Positions 37,501 to 45,710 of a stretch of DNA of 64,000 nt are shown in pieces. Below the pieces are notes generated by a model that was not told the origin of the DNA, did no database searches, and saw only the letters and a list, made by a program, of their open reading frames with translations. Source of the stretch: an uncultured Actinomycetes bacterium (GTDB lineage: Bacteria > Actinomycetota > UBA4738 > HRBIN12). Made by a program: the position numbers and the translations under genes. Within the stretch, counting starts at the first letter, position 1. Every line of letters starts with the position of its first letter. The DNA is taken from assembly GCA_963728665.1 (NCBI GenBank), contig CAVSLG010000018.1, forward strand, positions 43,762 through 107,761, read 5' to 3'.

Positions 37501-37949
37501 TGAACGCCAACGTCGTGGGGACGAAGCTGCGTGACGTGCCCCAACCCGTCTGGACGGCCAAGCCCTATCTGCTCGACGACATGCGGATGACCGGCACGGT
37601 GGCCGACGTCGACTACGGCTCGGTCACATCGGCCTCGATCGTGATCACCAATGCCGCACACCCGCTGGCGGGTGGACAGAACGGGACCGTGGCGATCACG
37701 ACCTCGAACCACGGGAAGTCCTTCGGGATCCCCGGCGCGGGCGCAGAGACGGTCGCCACGGCCGCCGGCAAGGTGACGACCTTCGTCTACCAGGCCGGTG
37801 ACCAGCTCGTCGGTGGCACCACCGCACCGGGCTGTCGGCTGACCTCGTCGGCGTTCCAGAACGGGCCGGCGAACTTCACCGCCGCCGGATGGACGATGTT
37901 CGAGGCTGCCGCCGACTACTTGGCGGCGAACTGTGAAGCTGGCCCGTAA
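34582..37949 (+). CDS. Secreted delta-60-repeat beta-propeller protein with a malectin-like (CBM57) domain, repeat domain, Ig-like domain and CTM. One frameshift near 35950.
   Basis: SD gaggaagg plus ATG. Signal VSLALTVAVVAALVASVPPAAA. The propeller is paralogous to 28250..31318 (IYAAGQFTQV, LFAGGYFNSVNG, LLVGGRFTSIKN, VVIGNFMKINGE). Malectin-like block VLFRVNTGGP...AAEMQWSFPVDSGTNLRVRLYFINQY...GQRVFDVAIDGTTVLDDYDIVADVG...NPLINGIEII. Ig-like domain (PTVDLTSPNDGATVSGIVNMTATASDAEGLTQVEF...). CTM (TVLMVVADPNSLLAGETAVRNRLTNDGYTVSLIDDN...ANCEAGP). Confidence 0.75.
37050..37945. repeat. About 0.9 kb DNA repeat encoding Ig-like + CTM. It is nearly identical to 41075..41950, and its CTM part is nearly identical to 40440..41040.
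   Basis: Long identical antisense ORF segments (36885..38018 vs 40225..41733; 37001..37288 vs 41046..41309). Confidence 0.75.
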
Positions 37950-38170
37950 ATTCAAGGGGATCGGACGACGATGGTGGGGCCTGAAGCGTAGCTTCCCCCC
38001 ATCGTCGTCTGCCCTCATCAGCTGCAGTGGTGTTGATCAGGACTGGAAGACGCCGCTCGCCTCTAGAAGAGGTTGCAGTGAAGTCACACTCTCGAGCGTG
38101 CATTCACTCAGCACGTAGGCGTCTTGTTCGACTTACGTCGGTCGTGCTAGGGTCCTTGCGGGAGGGAAGG

Positions 38171-41100
38171 ATGCGATTTCGCACAATAGCTCAATACCGG
38201 CCACGAGGTCAGGCGTTTCGCAACCGCACCGCCCCCTTCCTTTTCGTTGCGCTTCTCTCTCTGGCTTTGGTAGCAGTCGGGTTGATCCCTGTCGCCGAGG
38301 CACAAGTCATCCTCCCCGATGAATACTCTGCGGCCACCATCGTGGTGGGTCTCAGCGACGGTAGGGATATCGTGGCGGCACCCGATGGGCGAATGTTTGT
38401 CGCTCTGGGTACCGGCCAGATTCGTGTGATTCAGAACGACGCGCTCTTGTCTCAGCCGTTGCTGGCCATCCCGGTCGGCAGCGGTGGGAACAAGGGGCTT
38501 CACACGCTCGCCCTTGACTCGGCGTTCTCGCAGAACGGGTACCTGTACGCCGTCTACACACCCATGGGGACTGACTTCAATCGGCTGTCACGGTTCACGG
38601 TCGTGGGCAACACGGCCAACCTGAATTCGGAGTTCAGGATCATGGACCTTCCGCCCCTGGAGGGTGCGCCTTCTCACTACGGCGGTGCTGTCGTCGACCT
38701 GGGGGACGGCACGCTCCTCGTGACAGTGGGGGATCACGAGAGAGCATCGAACGGACAGAACCTCAACGTATTAACCGGCAAGGCGCTACGCATCAACAAG
38801 GACGGGACGATTCCTCCCGACAACCCCTATGTGGGCAGTTCAACCATCGACCATAGGATCTACGCGCACGGTTTCCGAAACCCATGGCAAGCGGCGCTCC
38901 AGCGGAGCACCGGCCGAGTCGTCATCAGTGATGTTGGCTCGTCCCTGTGGGAGGAAGTCAACGTCCTCGCTTCCGGCGCGGACTACGGGTGGGCGGACGT
39001 TGAAGGCCCGGGAGGCCCCGGGACAGAGCCGTTGTTCGCCTACCCGCATTTCGGGCTGATCCCGGGCGCTCCATTCGAGGGATGTGCGGTGACCGGAGGG
39101 ACGTTTTACGAGCCTGATGTGGTGCAGCTACCGAGCCGATTCGTTGGGCGCCTCTTTGTGGGCGACCTCTGCAGTGGGTGGATCGCGTCTGTTGATCCAG
39201 AGACCGGCGAGGCGGAGGCTTTCGCCTCCGGATTCGATTCCCTCGCTGATCTCGCGACGAACCCAACCAATGGGGCCTTGTATGCCCTCGATCGCAACCT
39301 TGTGGACAACCGGAGCGGCATCATCAAGATCGAGTACATCGGTGGAAACGCCACGCTGCGCATCACCTCTCAACCGACCTCCCAACGGCTCGCCATCGGC
39401 CAGCGGGCATCCTTCTTCGTGGGTGCTGTTGGACAGGGCGATCTCCATTATCAGTGGCAGCGCGATGGAGTCGACATCCCAGGTGCCAACTCACCAACAT
39501 ATGTCGTTGATCCGGTGGCCCAGCCGATGACGGTGCCCAGTTCCGGGCGGTCGTGTCAGACGACGTCGGCCAAGTGACGAGTTCTGTGGCGGAGATCATC
39601 GTCACGGACAACCATGCTCCCCAGCCTTTCATCACTAAACCACCGGTAGGCAAGACCTACGGGGGAGGGGAGCAGATCACGCTCGTCGGCGGAGCGAACG
39701 ACGAAGAGGACGGTGTACTCAGCGAGACGGCCCTGACTTGGGAGGTTCGCCTAAGTCACGACGGGCATGACCATGGATTCACAGGAGAGATCGTTGGCAC
39801 TGGACAGTTCACCATCACGATTCCCCGCAGCGGAGAGACATCAGACGATGTCTGGTACACGGTCTACCTGACCGCCGAAGACGCCGATGGGGCGTCTACC
39901 ACGGTGGTGAGGACCATACAGCCGCGAAAGGTATCCATCCAGTTCAACACCTCACCATCTGGGGGTGTCCTCAATATCGATGGCCCGTCTCAAGCCACCC
40001 CGCATCAGGTGGTCGGTGTAGAAGGTGTCTTCCGGGAGCTGCGGGCGCCGAGGGTGCAGGAGTTCGGCGGGGAGCCTCACGGGTTCGTGCGATGGAGTGA
40101 CAATGGCTCAAGGGAGCACACGTTCGTTACCCCGGCCATCAATGCGTCACTGACGGCCCAGTATTCACCTTTGCCATTCGGTCAAGGCGCGACTCCCACG
40201 TGCTTCGTGGCACCTATGGACGATTCAGCCGTTGTCACCTTCTCCGGCAGCCTTGGCAGCTCCGTCAATCTTCGCCGCGATGGTCGTTGGATACAGACCG
40301 TGACGGGTTTCGAATACTACGTTGATGGCGATTCTCCTCTGCCGAACGCCGCATACTCGATCCGTGTTCGGGCGAATGGAGTGACGACCGACTATCCATG
40401 CTCCGGAGTTCAGTGGCCACCCGAAGGCGAACCACCTCCACCGTCCGGTACCGTGCTGATGGTCGTGGCCGACCCGAACTCCCTGCTCGCCGGTGAGACC
40501 GCGGTGCGCAACCGACTCACGAACGACGGCTACACGGTCTCCTTGATCGACGACAACGTCGTCGCGGCCGCCGATGCCAACGGCGCCGCGTTCGTCTTCA
40601 TCTCCTCGACCGTGAACGCCAACGTCGTGGGGACGAAGCTGCGCGACGTGCCCCAACCCGTCTGGACGGCCAAGCCCTATCTGCTCGACGACATGCGGAT
40701 GACCGGCACGGTGGCCGACGTCGACTACGGCTCGGTCACATCGGCCTCGATCGTGATCACCAATGCCGCACACCCGCTGGCGGGTGGACAGAACGGGACC
40801 GTGGCGATCACGACCTCGAACCACGTGAAGTCCTTCGGGATCCCCGGCGCGGGCGCAGAGACGGTCGCCACGGCCGCCGGCAAGGTGACGACCTTCGTCT
40901 ACCAGGCCGGTGACCAGCTCGTCGGTGGCACCACCGCACCGGGCTGTCGGCTGACCTCGTCGGCCAACCAGAACGGGCCGGCGAACTTCACCGCCGCCGG
41001 CTGGACGATGTTCGAGGCTGCCGCCGACTACGCGGCGGCGAACTGTCAGACCGGGCCACCTCCACCGGACGAAAACCCGACCGTCGACCTGACGTCGCCG

Positions 41101-41958
41101 AACGATGGCGCCACCGTCAGTGGCATCGTGAACATGACCGCGACTGCCTCCGACGCCGAGGGCCTCACCCAGGTCGAGTTCATGGTCGACGGCACCTCGA
41201 TCGGTGTCGACACGAACGGTGGGAACGGGTGGTCGGTCCAGTGGAATACGACGACGCACCCGGATGGTGCCGCGACGGTGGTCGCCACCGCGACCGACAC
41301 CGCCAACAAGACGGCGACCGATCAGGTGTCGGTGACGGTCGACAACTCGTCCCCGGGCACCGTGCTGATGGTCGTGGCCGACCCGAACTCCCTGCTCGCC
41401 GGTGAGACCGCGGTGCGCAACCGACTCACGAACGACGGCTACACGGTCTCCTTGATCGACGACAACGTCGTCGCGGCCGCCGATGCCAACGGCGCCGCGT
41501 TCGTCTTCATCTCCTCGACCGTGAACGCCAACGTCGTGGGGACGAAGCTGCGTGACGTGCCCCAACCCGTCTGGACGGCCAAGCCCTATCTGCTCGACGA
41601 CATGCGGATGACCGGCACGGTGGCCGACGTCGACTACGGCTCGGTCACATCGGCCTCGATCGTGATCACCAATGCCGCACACCCGCTGGCGGGTGGACAG
41701 AACGGGACCGTGGCGATCACGACCTCGAACCACGGGAAGTCCTTCGGGATCCCCGGCGCGGGCGCAGAGACGGTCGCCACGGCCGCCGGCAAGGTGACGA
41801 CCTTCGTCTACCAGGCCGGTGACCAGCTCGTCGGTGGCACCACCGCACCGGGCTGTCGGCTGACCTCGTCGGCGTTCCAGAACGGGCCGGCGAACTTCAC
41901 CGCCGCCGGATGGACGATGTTCGAGGCTGCCGCCGACTACTTGGCGGCAAGCTGCTAG
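38171..41958 (+). CDS. Secreted PQQ-dependent sugar dehydrogenase-like (soluble glucose/sorbosone dehydrogenase fold) beta-propeller protein with Ig-like domains and two CTM copies. One frameshift near 39560.
   Basis: SD ggagggaagg plus ATG. Signal/TM FLFVALLSLALVAVGLIPVAEA. GSDH-family motifs (LSDGRDIVAAPDGRMFVA, SHYGGAVVDLGDGTLLVTVGDHE, ALRINKDGTIPPDNPY, IYAHGFRNPW, YGWADVEGPGGPG). Ig-like domains. First CTM (40440-41040). Ig-like domain. Second CTM (41340-41955). Confidence 0.75.
41075..41950. repeat. Second copy of the about 0.9 kb Ig-like + CTM DNA repeat (see 37050..37945)
   Basis: Same evidence as copy 1. The offset is 4045 bp. Confidence 0.75.
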
Positions 41959-42026
41959 CGTCGCCAGGTTGGGAAGGCGAGCGCCCGCTCCAAAGTGCTC
42001 GAGTCTATGTTGGTGTCGGAGCCCAT

Positions 42027-43034
42027 CTATCCTCTTAGGTCAAAGAATGGGTCGGACGCCATCGCAGCGAAGGCGTTCGTGGCGGTGTCGGATGAATCTA
42101 CCGGCCAGCTGCAGCCTGGTTTCGCGGGGTTGATGGTCTGGAAGTAGAGCACCATCTTGACGCGGCGAAACGCCCTCTTCTTCAGTTGCCGGCGAGCGTC
42201 CCGGATCCACTCTGCCTTCCGCCCCGGATCGGTGGGGTCCTCTGTGCTGCCCCACTCAGGCAGGACGATCGGCTTCCCTGGGTGGTCCTTCGCCCAGGAA
42301 CGGATCGGGACGATCTTTTCGCGGAAGGTCTGCCAGGGTCGGCCGGACACCGAACAGTCAGCAGAGTTGTAGAGATCGGCACCGATGACATCGACGAAGT
42401 CGTCGCCGGGGTACCAGTAGTTGGCTGCACGCTCGTCTGTCGTCTCGAAGGCCCAGTCGGTCATCGTCCAAGTCCAACTGACGTTCCGGACTTCCTGCTG
42501 ACGGAACACCTGCACGAAGTTGCGCCATGCCGCGACGAAATCGGACGATGAACCCAAGGCGTCGTTGGCTTGTGACTCCGGCTCATGGTTGAAGATGAGG
42601 TAGATGTGCTTATCGAACGCCCGAACGCGCCGGGCCCAATCCATCATCGTCGCGTGAATATCCGAACCTGGTGCGGCATCGGCCACCGAGCGCCACGGCA
42701 CGATGGACCCATCCTGGCGCACTGATTTCACACTCAGAACTATGGTTCGATTCTTGCGCTTGAGCCACTTGACGTGGTCGTTCGGGAACTGACTGTCCCA
42801 CTTCAAGTAGACCCGAGTGGCCCGAAGCCTCTGGCCGATCATGCGCTCGAAGCGACGTTGGGCATCAACGAGGGATCCACCCGCGTTGTCCTGGACGAAG
42901 GCGCCCAGGACTGCTCCTCTCCCCGAGAGCCGATCGTCGGCGCGGGCGGTCGGTCCGAAGGCGGTCACCACGACCGCGATGATTGAAATGAGGGCCAGGG
43001 CGCCTCGGGGCGGGGTCCGGATCTCGTTCTCCAT
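42027..43034 (-). CDS. Secreted GH26-like glycoside hydrolase; divergent standalone paralog
   Basis: Signal peptide GALALISIIAVVVTAFGPTARA. It has the same catalytic signature as the cassette family (IYLIFNHEPESQ ... PIVLPEWGSTEDP) at about 35-40% identity. Confidence 0.65.
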   Translation of the reverse strand: MENEIRTPPRGALALISIIAVVVTAFGPTARADDRLSGRGAVLGAFVQDNAGGSLVDAQRRFERMIGQRLRATRVYLKWDSQFPNDHVKWLKRKNRTIVLSVKSVRQDGSIVPWRSVADAAPGSDIHATMMDWARRVRAFDKHIYLIFNHEPESQANDALGSSSDFVAAWRNFVQVFRQQEVRNVSWTWTMTDWAFETTDERAANYWYPGDDFVDVIGADLYNSADCSVSGRPWQTFREKIVPIRSWAKDHPGKPIVLPEWGSTEDPTDPGRKAEWIRDARRQLKKRAFRRVKMVLYFQTINPAKPGCSWPVDSSDTATNAFAAMASDPFFDLRG

Positions 43035-43182
43035 GAGCCTGCCTCCTCATGGTGGTTGATGGGCTGAAGGGTTGAGGAAACGAAAGAGACCGCCCGAATC
43101 GTCCCCGGACGGCCTCTGGCGTGAGTATGGTCGAAGGTATCAGATGAGGTAGGGGTGTCAACCTTGTCGCTTCCAACCCTCT

Positions 43183-44958
43183 TCAGGGCCCGAGGTAGGA
43201 GTCTCGTGAGACGCCTGGCTCGTCTGTCCAGAAGGTGAAGGAGGACGTGGCCCTGCCGGAGCGGCCGATCTGCACCACATCGACTGCCTGCCCGATCCGC
43301 TGTCCAGAACGAGACCGCACGATCTCGGATGGGACCTGAATGTCCCCGTCAAACACCATCATTTCGATCGTCCCTGAGACGTGATCCGATGACCATTCGA
43401 TACGCAGCCAGCCGCGAGTCCAGATCGGCTCCGAGGTTCTGAGAACCACCTCTCCCTTTCGATCGCGGGCGCGGAGGTCGCCTCCAGGGGTGATCTCGAT
43501 AGAGACGCTTGTCGCGCCCTTGTGTTTGGCCCGAACGAGTTGGAGCGGTTCCTTTGGCGCTCGAGGAAGCCAGACGTAGAAGCGTCCGAACCAACGATCG
43601 CTGACTCCGAAGGAGTGTCCGTATTCGTAGAAGGCATTCTCGCCAGGGCCGGCCTCGTGCTTGGCGGCAAGCCCGGAGTGCGCACGTCTCGAGTCGTAGA
43701 TCAAGCTCGCCCCGCGCTCGGCCTTGACCGAATCAAAGGCTGACCCGCTGGCGCCACCGCTGTTCGCGCGCGTGATGCCTTCCCCTGGCGACCCTCCGTC
43801 GAGTGAGTTGGTGAGGGGGCTAGGGCTAGGGCTAGGGCTAGGGCTAGGGCTAGGGCTAGGGCTAGGGCTAGGGCTAGGGCTAGGGCTAGGGCTAGGGCTA
43901 GGGCTAGGGCTAGGGCTAGGGCTAGGGCTAGGGCTAGGGCTAGGGAATGGCCTTCCACTCAGATGACCATCGGCCCCCATCTGCGCGTAGCCGGCCATCG
44001 ATGAGGATGAGCTGTCGGTGATCCAGGGCCTGCCGTCCTTGATCTCGTCGAAGTAGATCAGTCCCTTGAGCTCGGGCCAGGTCTTGGCGGTCGCGAGCGC
44101 GTCGATGATCCACTGGCCCTTGCGACCGGGGACCGCCGGATCTTCCTGCGCTCCCCACTCCACCGCCATCCAGGGCTTGGCGTGTCGAACGGCGAAGTCC
44201 TGGGTCGGTTGGAAGACGGTCTGGAAGGAGTTCCACGTGGATCCGGGCTTCGTGGGGTAGAAGTTGTAGCCGTCGCTGCCGATCAGGTCGACGTGGGCGT
44301 CGCCCGGGTAGTAGTCCTCGATCGGCTTGCCTGAGCGAGGATCGAACGTCCAGGCCATCATCGTCCAGACGAACGCGACGTTATCCACGCCCTGTGCGCG
44401 GAAGACGTCGACCACGTGCCGGAACGCGGCGGCGTACTCGGCGGGGGTGCCCCAGGTCGCGAGGTCGTCCTCGGGCTCGTGATGCAGAGAGAGGTAGACG
44501 GGCACCCCGAACGCCTCGATCGCATCCGCCCTCGCGATGATCGCCGCGTCTTCGGCCCCAGAGGCGATCCTGGACCACGTGATCGCCTGACCGTTCTGGC
44601 GCTGCGCCTTCCAGTTCAAGAACGGGATCCGCCCCTGGCCCACCGTCCAGGCCTCGTGGGCCCCGGGGAAGTTCGAGTCCCACTTGTAGTACTGATGGTC
44701 GATCGCGAACCGACGCCCGATCTGGGACTCCACCCGCACGATCGCGTCGGCGCGAGACTCACCGGCACGGGGAGCGACCCAGCTCCCGAAGTAGGCGCCG
44801 GACGAGGGGATGAGGACGGCGGGAGGACCGACGGGAGCGGCGCTCACCGCCGTCGGGGCGACCAGGCCCGAGGCGAGCGCCATGCACGAGAGTAGCGCGA
44901 CGACGGTCTTCCCCAGCGAACCTGCAGAGAGCCGTGGAATGGACGAGGGGGTTGCCAT
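43183..44958 (-). CDS. Secreted GH26-like glycoside hydrolase (cassette copy C), then a (Pro-Ser)21 linker and a C-terminal beta-sandwich (lectin/ConA-like?) domain
   Basis: Signal peptide TVVALLSCMALASGLVAPTAVSA. The catalytic domain is identical to copies B and D. A PSPSPS... run precedes a 190-aa C-terminal domain (WFGRFYVWLP...WLRIEWSSDHVSGTIEMMVFDGD...). Confidence 0.7.
   Translation of the reverse strand: MATPSSIPRLSAGSLGKTVVALLSCMALASGLVAPTAVSAAPVGPPAVLIPSSGAYFGSWVAPRAGESRADAIVRVESQIGRRFAIDHQYYKWDSNFPGAHEAWTVGQGRIPFLNWKAQRQNGQAITWSRIASGAEDAAIIARADAIEAFGVPVYLSLHHEPEDDLATWGTPAEYAAAFRHVVDVFRAQGVDNVAFVWTMMAWTFDPRSGKPIEDYYPGDAHVDLIGSDGYNFYPTKPGSTWNSFQTVFQPTQDFAVRHAKPWMAVEWGAQEDPAVPGRKGQWIIDALATAKTWPELKGLIYFDEIKDGRPWITDSSSSSMAGYAQMGADGHLSGRPFPSPSPSPSPSPSPSPSPSPSPSPSPSPSPSPSPSPSPSPSPSPLTNSLDGGSPGEGITRANSGGASGSAFDSVKAERGASLIYDSRRAHSGLAAKHEAGPGENAFYEYGHSFGVSDRWFGRFYVWLPRAPKEPLQLVRAKHKGATSVSIEITPGGDLRARDRKGEVVLRTSEPIWTRGWLRIEWSSDHVSGTIEMMVFDGDIQVPSEIVRSRSGQRIGQAVDVVQIGRSGRATSSFTFWTDEPGVSRDSYLGP
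43817..43942. repeat. Perfect hexanucleotide microsatellite (GGGCTA)21, which is (TAGCCC)21 on the coding strand. It encodes the (Pro-Ser)21 linker.
   Basis: Read directly from the sequence: 126 bp of uninterrupted GGGCTA units. Confidence 0.95.
43975..44805. repeat. About 0.83 kb GH26-like cassette DNA repeat, copy C
   Basis: See copy B. Confidence 0.8.
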
Positions 44959-45234
44959 GCGGAGTGCCTCCCTCGCCTGCCTGGCGGGGACGGGACAACC
45001 TCGCATCCCCCTGAGTCAGGCAGACGAACCAGTCGGGGTATGAATCGGCGTGCGGGCTGGGGATGCTTGAGTGGGGCGATAGGGCGCTCTTTGGACCCCC
45101 CATCCAGGGGACAGACATGAGCGAGATGAGGCTGGACGATGTCTGGCAGGGACGCACGGTAGGACGTTTCCACGTGTGAGACGGAGAGAAGACGACGTCG
45201 CCTACCGATTTCCGCGAAGGACGGCACTACTGTT

Positions 45235-45558
45235 TTGGAGATGACCGGACCTGTTTCGCCGCCCCATGACGACGGGCTGGCATCACGCGCGTACCTGGTG
45301 CGTGATGCAGTAGTGACGTCGAAGAGACTGTCGGAGCGTGATCGGAAGGCGGCAGTTGCGGCCTTGGCCGAGATCGTCTCTCAAGCGCGACGGGCCGAAG
45401 GATACGAGGAGGCCTTGCGGGCGATCGCGGGTCAGCAGCTTGACGCCGAACCTGGCTACGGGGCCACGATGTCCGGCGTCAAGGCGTTCGCGAGGGACGT
45501 GCTTGCATCGACGTCAAGGCGATGGGCGGCGCGGCCCAGGGTTGCCGCCAACGAGTAA
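45235..45558 (+). CDS. Hypothetical small protein (low confidence)
   Basis: 107-aa ORF with plausible helical composition, in the intergenic space between cassette copies C and D. No recognizable motif. Confidence 0.2.
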   Translation: MEMTGPVSPPHDDGLASRAYLVRDAVVTSKRLSERDRKAAVAALAEIVSQARRAEGYEEALRAIAGQQLDAEPGYGATMSGVKAFARDVLASTSRRWAARPRVAANE

Positions 45559-45710
45559 CGCGAGGCGGATCGGCTTCTCGGCGCTAGGGGCCGAACCGAC
45601 CGACGAATGGCAACTCCAGTGATCTTGCCGCGCCCTACATTCCTCCGCGCATCGATGAGCTGCGCGATCTGGGTCGAGCGCCGTCCTTCATCATGACGAG
45701 ATGGACGTCC

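Noticed and set aside
43701-43966. ORFs encoding (LA)n or (GL)n polypeptides
   Set aside because: They are alternative-frame readings of the (GGGCTA)21 microsatellite. The only frame that continues into recognizable domains on both sides is the Pro-Ser linker.
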